DNA from: Eledone cirrhosa
Lineage: Eukaryota
Direction: 5' to 3'
Length of the DNA: 64,000 bases
Assembly (NCBI GenBank): GCA_964016885.1
Contig: OZ024752.1
Span: 38,688,001 to 38,752,000, forward strand
Shown: positions 27,376-40,518 of the stretch, one piece after another
Position numbering within the stretch: the stretch's first letter is position 1
Layout: the number at the start of each line of letters is the position of its first letter
Notes under the pieces: generated by a model
Databases searched by the model: none
The model's input: only the letters and a program-made list of their open reading frames with translations
What the model was told of the DNA's origin: nothing
Program-made: the position numbers and the translations under genes

Positions 27376-27495
27376 TTTTATAGAAGGAGCTTCTACAGGA
27401 CTAGTACTGTTTCATTCAGGTGAAATCTTCAGGAAGCGCTTCCTGAAGATTTCATCTGAATGAAACTGTACTAGTCCTGTAGAAGCTCCTTCTAT

Positions 27496-27499
<4 letters not shown>
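27376..27499. ncRNA. Spacerless palindrome of two back-to-back type I hammerheads (27389-27437 on -, 27438-27486 on +)
   Basis: Minus copy gcttc-CTGAAGA-tttcacctgaat-GAAA-cag-tactagtc-ctg-TA-gaagc; the plus copy has one stem III mismatch; centre at 27437/27438. Confidence 0.78.
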
Positions 27500-27553
<54 letters not shown>

Positions 27554-28139
27554 TTCATATCCATCTGTACACGTGTATGTCTGTGTGTATGTATATATAT
27601 CATTTTATGTCAGCTTTCCATTCGTATGCTTGTATGGGTTGGATAGGTTGTCACGATCCAACACTTGACAGGTTAGGGAGACCTCATCTTGCTCAGTAAA
27701 TATATTTATTTCATAAATAACATTACAAATCGTTTGCAATTCTTTCAGAATGAAAATATAAACAGAGTATATAAATAAATTTACAGTAGAATAACATAAC
27801 AAATATGTTTTATATATTTACATAAATAACATTACAAATGCTTCGATAACATGATAAATAGCTCGCGATTCATTCAGAAAGATACATTCTTTCCACGTTG
27901 CAACACTAAAGAAGACGTAAAGGAAGGGTGAACAACGGAGTCAAGACCAGAGCAAAAGACAAGCAACGTCGCGAGGAGTACTGGGAAACCTCTCTAATGA
28001 TTTTTGAGGCAAGCCATCACACTCGCAGCGTTGCCTCGGGTGATGGCATCATACATTCCATATTTGGCCTGATCTTTACAGCTTGGTACCCTTCCTAATA
28101 CCAACCATTTTATCAAGTGTATTTATCGTTGCACCAGGA

Positions 28140-28998
28140 CTATCACTTTACAGAGCGTACCGGGTGAATTTTATCGTTGCAATAGCAATATCACTTTACA
28201 GAGCGTACTGGGTGAATTTTATCGTTGCAATAGCAATATCACTTTACAGAGCGTACTGGGTGCATTTTATCGTTGCAAAAGCACTATCACTTTACAGAGC
28301 GTACTGGGTGAATTTTATCGTTGCAATAGCAATATCACTTTACAGAGCGTACTGGGTGCATTTTATCGTTGCAATAGCACTATCACTTTACAGAGCGTAC
28401 TGGGTGAATTTTATCGTTGCAATAGCACTATCACTTTACAGAGCGTACTGGGTGAATTTTATCGTTGCAATAGCACTATCACTTTACAGAGCGTACTGGG
28501 TGAATTTTATCGTTGCAATAGCACTATCACTTTACAGAGCGTACTGGGTGCATTTTATCGTTGCAATAGCACTATCACTTTACAGAGCGTATTGGGTGAA
28601 TTTTATCGTTGCAATAGCACTATCACTTTACAGAGCGTACTGGGTGCATTGTATCGTTGCAATAGCACTATCACTTTACAGAACGTATTGGGTGAATTTT
28701 ATCGTTGCAATAGCACTATCACTTTACAGAACGTATTGGGTGAATTTTATCGTTGCCATAGCACTATCACTTTACAGAGCGTACTGGGTGAATTTTATCG
28801 TTGCAATAGCACTATCACTTTACAGAGCGTATTGGGTGAATTTTATCGTTGCAATAGCACTAACACTTTACAGAGCGTACTGGGTGAATTTTATCGTCGC
28901 AATAGCACTATCACTTTACAGAGCGTACTGGGTGCATTTTATCGTTGCAATAGCACTATCACTTTGCAGAGCGTACTGGGTGCATTTTATCGTGGCAC
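28140..28998. repeat. 48-bp minisatellite, about 18 copies, SINE-derived
   Basis: Unit atcactttacagagcgtactgggtgaattttatcgttgcaatagcact; resembles the family-B SINE segment tttacagtgagtgctgggtgcttttttaccgtggcacc. Confidence 0.93.
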
Positions 28999-29506
28999 CA
29001 ACAGAGGTTGTGAACTATTTGATAGGGCCAAATAGTTTGTTTTATATTATGTTGTCTCAGTCTGTCCATTTAACCACTTTAGGCTGAGTCACAAGTTTTA
29101 CATCAGCTTTCCTCCTCCTCCTAGAATGATGTCCTAGCCAGAACTAGGGGGTCTCTCACTCCCAGGGGGTAAACAGCGTGTTCAGGAAATACATACATAC
29201 ATAAATGTGTATGTGTATGGTCCCGTTACTCCTCATAGAGTCGTGGGAGTGCCGTGTGGACATTCGGCGTTTCTTGGGCATTTTAAGCCTGGCGGAGTCC
29301 ATCCCTCTCCAGGCCTGAGTACAGCAGATTTCTTCCAGAGAGAGGAAGAATTGACCCCAGTACTAGACTGGTACTTTTTTTATCGACCTCGAAAGGATGA
29401 AAGGCAAAGTTAACCTCGGCGGGATTTGAACTCAGTGAGGAGAGAGCCGGAACGAATACCATAAAGCATTCTATCCAACGTTCTAACGACTCTGCCAATT
29501 CGCCGC

Positions 29507-29547
29507 ATACATACATACATACATACATACATACATACATACATACA

Positions 29548-29580
<33 letters not shown>

Positions 29581-30080
29581 GGTGGCTGCCACCTTGTTTT
29601 CGAGTACGGCCACTATTTTATATCCATGTAGGAGAACTCCTACCGATGCGTTGAACGAGTGTGACTTTTTAGTCCAGCCAGCGACTTGAAAACTCTGGTA
29701 CAAACACTACACTTGTGACAATTATTGACACATAGTGCTGGGCCCATGGTACCATGTGACGACAAGTGCAGAGAGATCTCCAGATATAAAGCAATGCCTG
29801 TGCCGTGAAGCTTTTATAGTGAGCAAAGGCACTGCACAAAGCCAGTCCCACTCTCTTAACCAAGATGATATTTACCAAAAAGAAGAACAAGTCAACATCA
29901 TTGGATACCATCAGGGTTGCAGGTGTTATATCAGAGTTTTCCTTCTCCTAGAATTCTGCCTTGACAAAGGCTAAGGGGTCATCTCTCCCGGTGATTTTGG
30001 ATGGCCATTGACTCTTAAGAGCTCCTTTGCCCTTTAACAGGTTTTGTTTTTAGTCCTGCAGGATGTCCAAAGTCACCCTA
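29507..30080 (-). mobile_element. Internally deleted (non-autonomous) LINE with a C2H2-finger 3' end and an (ATGT)n tail
   Basis: Highly similar to 34962-35566; the family encodes CSVCTRVFKS.AGLKSH near its 3' end. Confidence 0.7.
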
Positions 30081-30841
30081 CATACATACATACACACATA
30101 TCATCATCACCATCATCAAAATAATCACTGCTACCATCGGTTAGCTGACTTATTATGTTCTGATATATGACAAATTAGATTAACACAACTTACTCATACA
30201 TTACATTTCAACATCCTTTCTACGGCTGGATGTCCTTCCTAACACCAACTATTGTACAGCGTGCACTGGGTGCATTTTATCATGTGACTAGCATTACCAC
30301 CATAGTTTAGACAGGGAGCTTTTTATCGTTGCACAAGCACCACACTATCATCTCCACCACACCACTACTAACACCGGCCTCTCCATCACCGGTACCACCG
30401 TCATCTCGACCCCACCACCGTCATATCCACCACACCACCGTCTTCTCCACCGTCATCACTACCAGCAACAACACCAAGATGTGAATCACATGCAATTTTT
30501 TCCGCATTTTGTTTTTTGTTTATTAAAATGTTTTCAAAATTGGAGGAATTTCAAGGGAGATAACTCTAGCGAACGAGTCCTACAATTTATGCCAACATTT
30601 TTTTTCTTACGGTCCTTTGAAAATTCCTTGAAAGCAAAGTTTGAAATCGAAAAAAATACTATTAAACTTACGAGTGAAGTCATATTTAATGCTTAAAATA
30701 AATGAAACAATTCCAGAGTCAGATTAGTTATTTAATAGAGAAGAAAATGTGATATGATGATTGTAATTTTTACGGTAACAAAATAGGAACACAATTCTAC
30801 ACTGACATACTCCAACAAATTTCCTCACCTTAATTGTAATC

Positions 30842-31207
30842 TACTTTCGGGTCTCGAATAATCACCCGCCCCACTCTCGCGATCGAGCTTATTAATTTTT
30901 CAGATTTTTTCCACCCCGACCCTCGCTTATTAAATTTTGCTAATGTATCTCCGGCGAAATTTTATTTTAAATTCCTGCGACAATTAATTTTCTTTCTACA
31001 TTCAAAAACATTATACATGTCAAAAAAGTACATTACTATAAATCCCATACGTTTTAAAATAAATATGGTGGGTTGGGGGTCTTAATATGTAAACTAAACG
31101 ACTAATACTGGGTTTTTTTTTTAAATAGATTTTCCACTCCCACCCCGTTTATTCCAATAGCCCCTCCTTATTTCACTCACTCCCCTATTATTTGGGACCC
31201 AATAGTA
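30842..31207. mobile_element. MITE, with a second inverted copy at 36245-36566
   Basis: TIRs tactttcgggtctcgaataat...attatttgggacccaatagta. Confidence 0.65.
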
Positions 31208-31597
31208 GTTGAAATGCCATATCCTTCAACTTCTTTACATGTCTGTTGTAGTCAGCAACGCTTTTGTTTTTTGTTTTTTTTAATACTGTCTTGGTGATTT
31301 TTTTAGTAACCATACATGTGATAGTCATGGGCCTGTCACCAAGAGGGATCACTGTGTGATATGCCCTGCATTCATTCAAGGTAAATTTATCCCGGCTCCT
31401 TTCCAGCAACTTTTTCTCGGTTATCAATGTTGGACAGTATTCAAGAGTATATTAACCATTTTATGGCCATCTCTTGAAATCAAAGCCTCTATCTGAAAAG
31501 GCCAAGACCTAAAAAGTGTGTAAATTATATCCCCTGCAGCTAAGGCAGAAAAAATAACGATGAGAAATAGTTGATCCTAAGTAAAGCTAGGCAATCA

Positions 31598-31797
31598 TAT
31601 GATGGTAGGCTGAAAAGTTCATAGCTTGACCAACACATTCATGGAATGACTAAATGAAGTTAATTTTTTAACATAGTCCCTCGAAAAAAGCAATGCAGTT
31701 ATTAACAAGAAGAGCTGAAATTAATGCATGCAAGATTTCACAGCTCTAGCATCACTCCTTCATAGTCAGCCTATGAACTTTTCAGTTCACCTTCGTA
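31598..31797. mobile_element. Mariner-like MITE
   Basis: TIRs tatgatggtaggctgaaaagttcatag...ctatgaacttttcagttcaccttcgta with TA ends. Confidence 0.7.
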
Positions 31798-32182
31798 CAC
31801 GGAGAGGGAGAGAGAGAGAGAGAGAGAGAGAGCGAAAGAGAGAAATCAGTCACGGTTAATCATTTGTAGTGGAAATGGCACGGCACCAACCGAATGTAAA
31901 ATACAATATTGCCAATTCATGTAGTTAGTTATTATCATATAATGTCTGTAGCTGACATAATTAAAGTGTGTTAGTGTTTCTATCGCAACATGCACCCAGT
32001 CGCCCAACGAAAACAAAAACGCCACTTAAGTGATTCGGTTATTTAAGTACATTTTCAGTCTTTTTTCTTTGAAGAGTTCCAAACTAAGGTCGAGTTACTT
32101 CAGTTGACTACAGCGCTGCCTTGATACACGCTTACCATTCATTACACAACACTTACATTTTTTTACTTTTCAAAATCTAAAT

Positions 32183-32476
32183 ATGTCTGGAAGTTTTTTA
32201 ACAGTGAACTACGAAGTGTTTGGTAAAGTCCAAGGCGTTTTCTTCCGCAAATGTACACAAACTAAAGCCAACGAGTTGAATTTAGTCGGCTGGGTGATGA
32301 ATACTAAACAGAACTCTGTGAAAGGTATTGTTCAGGGGACAAGAAACCAAGTTATTATCATGAAAAAGTGGTTATCTGAAGAAGGAAGTCCTTCTTCGTC
32401 CATCACAAAATGTGAATTTTCCAGTGAAGAGGATATTCCCAGCTTAAAATTCAAAAAATTTGAAATATTACGCTAA
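32183..32476 (+). CDS. ACYP: Acylphosphatase, 97 aa, coding region uninterrupted
   Basis: Signature motifs YEVFGKVQGVFFRK (phosphate-binding loop with the catalytic Arg) and LVGWVMNT (catalytic Asn), V.G.VQG, WL...GSP.S.I; the length matches the family. Confidence 0.95.
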   Translation: MSGSFLTVNYEVFGKVQGVFFRKCTQTKANELNLVGWVMNTKQNSVKGIVQGTRNQVIIMKKWLSEEGSPSSSITKCEFSSEEDIPSLKFKKFEILR

Positions 32477-33842
32477 CAATCAACAGTTATTTAAAAAACA
32501 TTTAATTTTTTTTTAATGTATGTAATGTATACATTGTTATTTATTCATATGTTTTTTTATAGTCTTCAATAGATTTGAAGAAGACTTTTGTTTAAAGAAC
32601 TAATGGAATCAAGTCTTATTAAAAACAACAGTCAAAAATACCTTGTGGTGTTTCGTTGTATCTATTCTCAGCGTTCGAATCTTACCGGTCGTCTTTCACT
32701 TCCATCTTTCAGGAGTTTTATTTTTCATTTCATATTTCCAAGGTCGATCAACCAAGTATCACTCATGTTCTGAGATCGAATAAATCAACTGTTCCTTCCA
32801 ACAAGGTCTGGGGATTTATACCCGAGTTCAAATCCCACCAAGGTGGACTGTACTTTCCATCTTTCCATTATTGATAAAATGAGTAAGTACCGGCATCGAT
32901 TAATTCGATCACACATCTTCCCTATTACCGTGGCAGTATATTTATGTTAGAAATCATTAATATTGTCATGTTTGTGTTTTGTCTATGCGTGTTCTTATTT
33001 TCATAAAATATCAGATTGTAGACGTGATTTGAGGAAGGTTTGGCTGCTATATTTAGCAAGTCAAGTGACTGCATTGATAATTAAATTCTAAAAATGGTAT
33101 TAATACCGATTTGAGAGGGGAAAATTTCTTTCAAAATGTACACGTTTGGGTAACCCTTTAGTTTCAGGCATGTATTTGCAATAATATAAGTTTGCCTTAA
33201 ATTCCTAACGATTTTGTAACAGTAATTTCTACATACATGTTGATACCTTGACCCACAAATGTTGACCTGTTATCCGTCAAATACTAGAGTTGACTTTTAT
33301 AGGAGGTCTATAAAATATTACAGATTTTTTGGCCAAAAATAGGGAGTTGACTTTTACGTGAGATCGAATATATACGTTAATTTCATGTGCTGGGATGGTA
33401 CATTGGCAGTATCGTTAGTGCGTCAGGTGAAATGCGTGGCGGTATTTCGTTACGATGACTCTTTACGTTCTGAGTTCAAATACAGCCGAGGTCAACAAAA
33501 AGTACCAGTCAAGAACTAGGGGTCGATTTAATCGACTTTCTCCTCCCACCACAGATTGCTAGCATTATGTCTAAATTGGAAATAATTATTCTGCAGAAAT
33601 GACTAGTAAGGGAGATAACTAGTTAATATACATTGGAATGATTATGCCAATAAATAATAAGGCGTTCCAAGTTCAAATCTTGCATTTCATCCTTCTTGGA
33701 TCGATAAAATAAAGTACCAGTTAAGTACTGAGATCGATTTAATCGACTTTCCTCTTTCCCCTAAATTACTGGTTTTGTGACAAGGCTAGGAAGAATTATT
33801 ATGCAATATAGTTAAAATAATTTCTAAGTGTTGGAAATATTA

Positions 33843-34262
33843 ATTGTTTCTACATTTGGCACAAGGCCAGCAATTACCCAGTGCATTACTGGTACTTTAT
33901 TTTATCGACCCCGTAAGGATGAAAGGCAAAGTTAACCTCGGCGGGATTTGAACTCAGACGATAAAGGACTGTAACTCTATGCTGCAAAGCATGGTGTCCG
34001 ACTCTCTACCGATACTGCCTGGAAATATTAATAGACGGGAGTCAGGGCGGTGGATTGGCAGTATTGGTAGAGCCTCAGATACCATACTTTGCAGCATAGA
34101 GTTACGACCCTTTATGGTTTGAGTTCAAATCTCGCCGAGGTTAATTTTGCCTTTCATCCTTACGGGGTCGATAGAATAAAGCACCAGTAATGTACTAGGG
34201 TCGATTTAATCGACTTTCCCCTCCCCCCAAATTACTGGCCTTGTGCCTATACTAGAAATCCA
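33843..34262. mobile_element. Head-to-head pair of family-A SINEs
   Basis: Minus copy at about 33843-34020 and plus copy at about 34045-34262, with tRNA-like head (tggcagtattgg, gttcaaatc). Confidence 0.8.
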
Positions 34263-34904
34263 TATTAAATAGACGGGAGCATGATGGAATGGTGTAACTC
34301 TATGGACAAAATTTGTTCGTACACGTTAGGCTCTCGTTAGAATAACTGGTGAAAATCACAGAAGATTGCCTGGTATATGAGAATAGTAAAGTGGCTGCTA
34401 GAATATTTGATCTAGTAAGCCATGAAATTATAATTAATTAAAATTAAACCCTCAGTGAGAAGAATCATTATCGAAATGACAAATTTGGGTTAAATAAACA
34501 AACATGAAAGAGAACCTCTAATTTTTTTCGTAAAAGTAAAATATGAAATGTGGAGAGTCAGTCAAATATGATATATCAATAGGTCGTACTGTTTGCACGG
34601 ATTCCTGTCATTCTCTTTCGCCATTCAACTCTATTATTCATCATATTCAGCAGGTCAGAGGGATTGCAGGTTATCGTCATCATCATCACTGTTTAACGTC
34701 TATCTTCCACGCTAGACGTGTTTATCCCATTTAGAGGTAAGCTGAGTGAGATGACCGTGTGTCGCTCATATAGGACTGTTTCTGGCAGGTTTTCTACGGT
34801 TGTATGCCCTTCCTAGTGCCAACCACATTTACAGTGTGTGCTGGGTGCTTTTTGCCATGTCTTTTACATGACCACTTCTTAGTGTGGGCTGGATGTTCTG
34901 TGGT

Positions 34905-35566
34905 ACATACATACATGCATACATACATCATACATACATACATACATACATACATACATACATGGTGGCTGCCAACTCGTTTTCGAGTACGGCCACTACT
35001 TTATATCCATGTAGGAGATCCCCTACCGATGTGCTGAATGAGTGACTTTTTAGCCCAGCCGGCGACTTGAAAACTCTGGTACAAACACTACACTTGTGAC
35101 AATTATTGACACATAGTGCTGGGCCCATGGTATCATGTGACGACAAGTGCAGAGAGATCTCCAGATATAAAGCAATGCCTGTGCCGTGAAGCTTTTATAG
35201 TGAGTAAAGGCACTGCACAAAGCCAGTCCCACTCTCTTAACCAAAATGATATTTACCAAAAAGAAGAGCAAGTCAACATCATTGGATACCATCAGGGTTG
35301 CAGGTGTTATATCAGAGTTTTCCTTCTAGAATTCTGCCTTGACAAAGGCTAAGGGGTCATTTCTCCCGGTGATTTTGGATGGCCATTGACTCTTAAGAGC
35401 TCCTTTGCCCTTTGACAGGTTTTGTTTTTAGTCCTGCAGGATGTCCAAAGTCACCCTCCTCACCAAGAAACCTTGGTGGGGTTGCCAGTTTAGTCGCCAA
35501 CGACCCGACCATGAGACAGGTTGTACTGGGATACATGTTACCAGTAGCACCAACTGGGGACCTGAC
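34905..35566 (-). mobile_element. Non-autonomous internally deleted LINE: 5' UTR joined to the C2H2-finger 3' end, (ATGT)n tail
   Basis: About 600 bp; ORF remnant HKCSVCTRVFKSPAGLKSH; related 5' segments at 58940-59130 and about 11950-12050. Confidence 0.7.
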
Positions 35567-36244
35567 ATAATACATACATACATACATACTGGGGACCTGA
35601 CATAATACATACATACATACATACATGTGTTGTCACAAATCTATTTGATATAGGTCTTGGTTTGTTGCCCTCTGCTAGCTCTTTCTTGGGTAGGTTCCCA
35701 CAAAAGTACTTCACTAACAATTTCGTCTTTAGCTCTCCAGCACTGCCTTGCAAATCTGACTCGACCCTCTTTGATGATGTCTGATACTGGACGAAGGTTC
35801 CCATACAGTCACTTATATGCTAGCTCTTCCTTCCATGCTCAAATCCTGCCAGTAGTAGCTTTGCCTTTCATCCTTATGGGGTTCATAAAATAATGTAATA
35901 TTAATGAACTGGAATCGATTAATCGACTTCCCCCGTCCCGAAATTGTTGGCCTTGTACCTAAATCAGAAACCAATTTTTCTCGTGTCATTCTATAATTCA
36001 TGTATTTAGTCATTCTATCTATAATTATATAATTATATCATGTATTTAGTCATTCTATAATTCATGTATTTAGATTTGTCTCTTGCAGATTATACTATGT
36101 TGATAAGTTCCAATATGATTAAAACATGTCCAGAGTTGATACCATACTCTTGAAGATGAGACTCGCTCTCCAAAGCATTCCATATTTAATTTTAATTAAT
36201 CTTTCAGGGTTGTCTCCCCTTGTCTTTTATCTAGCAAAATTACG

Positions 36245-36566
36245 TACTCTCGGGTCCCAAATAATAGGGAAAGGTTGGAAAATCGATAATTTTTCTAAGT
36301 AGTCTCCCTTGATTTATTTTTAAAACCCAAAATTAGTTATTTTGTTTACATTTTGAGACCCCCCCAACCCATCCTATTTATTTTATAACGTATGGGATTT
36401 CTTGTAATGTTCTTATTTTTTTTTCATATATAATGTTATTTAGTGTATAAAGAAAATTAAATGTCATAGGAATGTTAATAATTAAAATGAAATTTTGCTG
36501 GAGATGGATTAGCAAAATTTAATAAACGTGGGAGGAGGGTGATGATTATTCGAGACACGAGAGTTG
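36245..36566. mobile_element. MITE of the 30842-31207 family
   Basis: TIRs tactctcgggtcccaaataat...attattcgagacacgagagt. Confidence 0.6.
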
Positions 36567-39177
36567 GTTGCCATACAAAATGCAGCTCTTGCTGTGAGTC
36601 ACAGAAAAAAAAAGTTTGAAAAATGCTGCTCTAGAATATAAGGAAGGAATAAAATTAATCATAGTAGTAATTGAATTTATTAGTTAATTAATCAATCATA
36701 AATCAACTGCCATGTTAAAATAGAGCTATAAAACTTTATATGAGTTTGATGAAACATTAAAACTACTATTGGTGGTAAAGAAGTGGTGATAAGTCCCAAC
36801 AGGAATTGCATGGTATGAATGCTATGAGGTATGGTGAGGTAAATGAATATATACATTTACAGTTAGTTAAAATTAAAGTCTGTTCTAAGCCGAAGGCTCA
36901 TCAGGCTGGTATTTATCCCCGGTTTCCTTCGTGTTAAACAACTGAGAGTACAAGACTTTCCTTGGATAGGACGCCGGTCTATCACAGGATTAGCTTCCCA
37001 GCTACTGGTGGTACTCACTCTCAGCTGAGTTTACTGGGGCAATCTGAAATAAAGTGTTTTGCTCAAGAACACAACAGCACCCTGTTCAGGAATTGAACCG
37101 ACAACATTACGATTGTCCAGCAAATATCCTAGTAGGCACCACTTACTCCAATATACATCCTACAACTCCCTCCCACTTCTGCCCACACCACCCTTATTCT
37201 GTAAAGTTATGTCAGTACCACAAACATCCAGTCCACAGTGTAAAGTAGTAGTGTAGGAGACACGGCAAAAAGCACCCAGCACACACGTAAATGTGGTTGG
37301 CGTTAGGAAGGGCATCCAGCTGTAGAGACCCAGCCAGAAACAGTCCTATACGAGCGAGACACGGTCGAATGGAACAAACCCGTCTAACCCATGCTAGCGT
37401 AAATGATAGACGTTAAATGACGATGATGATGATGATGATGATAACACCAGGTCCAAACACAATGGAACTAAACTCCCACTGTCACTGCCTCCGTCTCTCC
37501 CACTCTCCCCATCTCTCACTTTTATAAGCAAATGGGAGCACACACACAGCCCTGGCAGACAGAATAGAAAAGGCGTTTCCCCAGAGGTAGGTAGCTATAT
37601 ACCGATATATCCCCAATGTAAGTATACAACTGATTGAACATTGTACAAGGTTTGCTGGTCACTGCTTCCATGCAAAAGATGAGATGACTTCAGACCTGTT
37701 ATTGTGGGAGATCTCCTCTACTAGGAACAAGAGACACTGGAATAGACAAGGACGACCTACAAACCTTGATGGGAAAACAGTGACTGTTGGTGTGAAGTTG
37801 CTGTTTCATCTAAACACAATGGATAAGATATATAAGGTAAGGTAGCTAATTTCAAACAGATAGACTGGAACTTGGTACAATAGCTTAAAAGAGATTAAAT
37901 ACAAACTTATGTTGAAAGTGTGTGTGAGATATGTAATCACTGTTTACAGCAAATAAATTAACATACGAGCTCGAGGTCAACAAAATAAAATGCCAATCAA
38001 AAACTGGGGATCGATTTAATCGACTCTCTTCTTCTTCCTCCACAAATTGCTGACATCATGTCTAATTGGCAGTATCGATAGAGAGTTGGACGGCATGCTT
38101 TGCAGCATAGAGTTACGGCCCTTTGCTGTCTGAGTTCAAATCCCACCAAGGTTAATTTTGCCTTTTATCCTTACGGGGTCGATAAAATAAAGTACCAGTA
38201 ATGCACTGAGATAATTGTTGGGCTTGTGCCAAAAATAGAAAACAATATTCTGCAGAGATATGACTAGCAAGGGAGATAACTGATATATATATATATATAT
38301 AAATCAAGAAAGAAGAGTGACACGGTTTGCTATGCAATAAGGGCTTTAATCACATTGCTGACAATTGTTTCTCTGAACTGGTAGGTCTAGATATCGCTAC
38401 CCGCCTGTTTCTGTGTCAATCGATCACCAATACATAGTTATAACCAGTCAATTCATCAGAGTTTGCGAGAATGAAGGGAATACACAAGCATGGCTTCTAT
38501 ATATAGTAGTGGCATTAAATCAGAACAATAACAACAATACTAACAATGCTAGCAATAAACTAGTAAAAATAATCACAACATCAATCTAAGTAAGACATAG
38601 AGTATACTTATGACTTTAGCATGTAAAACGAGCTGATATGAGGCAGATGTATGAAATTGACATGTAAAAGCGGTCATGGGGTGTATTATATATAGTGTAG
38701 AGATAAGACGAGGCTTGAAACAATGTACCATCTCCTTTACCGTAGGTTTGCTGACCGTAAGAATTATTTATTATCTGACAGATAAAATAATTTCATTTGG
38801 TACATTGTTTCAAGCCTCGGCTTATATAAAAACAGTGGAACCTCGGTTCACGAACTTATACGTTCCTGACGGCCATCCGAAATGTTTGTAAACCAAAACA
38901 TCTTTTTTTGTAAGAAAAGTTAAGACGAAGACTGTGTGAAAGACAGATAGATATCACCATAGTAACGAACTACACAGCAAGTGACGCTTTCCCATCGATA
39001 CTCTCAACTTGTTACCAACTGTAGCGTGTTCGTTAGTCGAGACAATGTTCGTTAACCGAAACCGAAAGATTATTCTTGAACCGATTTTTTTCTTGAAATG
39101 TAATGGCATTATTATGCCTGCAGTATCGGTAGAGGGTCGGACGCCATGCTTTGTGACATGGAGTTACGGCCCTTTAT

Positions 39178-40518
39178 GATCATGATCATCATGATCATTT
39201 TACGTCCGCTTTTCCCTGCTTGCAAGGGTGGGACAGGTCCTATTCCGCACAGCATCTCTCCACTTGTCACGGTCCTTCCTCATCTCATCCGTGAGCTTCA
39301 GCAATCTGAGGTCCGCTCTCACCACCTCCGCCCATGTTTGTCGTGGTCTTCCTCTACTGTGTCTTCCTTCTACTGGCATTTCTTGCCATTTCTTTACCCA
39401 GCGGTCATCCTCCATGTACATCACATGTCCATACCACCGCAGTCTTCTCTCCTGCACAATACAACTTATCCCTCTAATACACAGTTTCTCTCTCAACTCA
39501 TCCATGCTTGGCCGTTCACGCACATTGACATTACACATCCAGCAGAGCATGCTTGCTTCATTTCTCTCCAGCCGCCGCACATCCTCTGCAGTTGCTGCCC
39601 ATATCTCACTACCATGCAGCATCGCACATCTCACGCAGGCATCATATAACCGGCCTTTCGTATGCAGGGAGAAACCCTTCTTTGTCAGCAGAGGAAGCAG
39701 CTCCCTAAACTTCTTCCAATCTGTCCTTATTCTAGATACTCTGGCCTCGAAACATCCCCCTCCCATGCTAATCTGATCATCTTGGTACCGGAAGCTATCA
39801 ACCACTTCTATAGAACCTACCTGCATTTGGAAAATGTGTCTATCACTGCGACTTCTACTGTCAAATTTCCCTGTACATCTACTGCATATGTATTTTTCCC
39901 TACCTGTTAGTTTGCCTGCTATCCCACTACATCTCTTGTGTACCCAAGATCTGCATTGTGTACATTTTATAGAATTTATGTCAGTTCCTTTTCTACATAT
40001 CGAACATGACCATTTCCCTAACGGAATCAGAGTTTTGTCCTCTTTTCTACTTATCAACACTTTTGTCTTAGCTAGGTTCACTCCCAGTCCTCTTGATTCC
40101 AACTGTTGTTTCCATAGCCAGAATTTATTCTCTAGCTCCTCTACTGATTCTGCTATAAGAACTAGATTATCAGCATAGAGAAGTTCCCATGGACAGCCAG
40201 TCTTAAACTCCTCAGTTATGGCTTGGAAGACTATAATGAACAAGAGCGGGCTGAAGACCAAACCCTGATGTACTCCTACTTGTATTTGGAATTCCTACTT
40301 TCACTTTACTGACAGCACCTCTGTACATAGCTTGCACTATCCTCACAAGCCATTCCTCTACACCTAGTTTCCTTAGGGACCACCAGATGACAGATCGGGG
40401 TACCCTATCAAAGACCTTCTCTAGGTCAATAAAGGCTAAGTGTAGTAGCTTATTCTTCTTTAAGAACCTCTCTTGTAGTTGTCTCACTAAGAAGAGGGCA
40501 TCTGTTGTACTTTTCCCA
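39178..40518 (-). mobile_element. 5'-truncated, decayed RTE LINE copy
   Basis: ORFs 39200-40261 and 40212-40487 match the full-length ORF; catalytic YADD is changed to YADN, with a deletion and frameshift; a SINE abuts the 5' end. Confidence 0.93.

Noticed and set aside
28083-29087. 334-aa hydrophobic repeat protein
   Set aside because: It is the translation of a SINE-derived 48-bp satellite.
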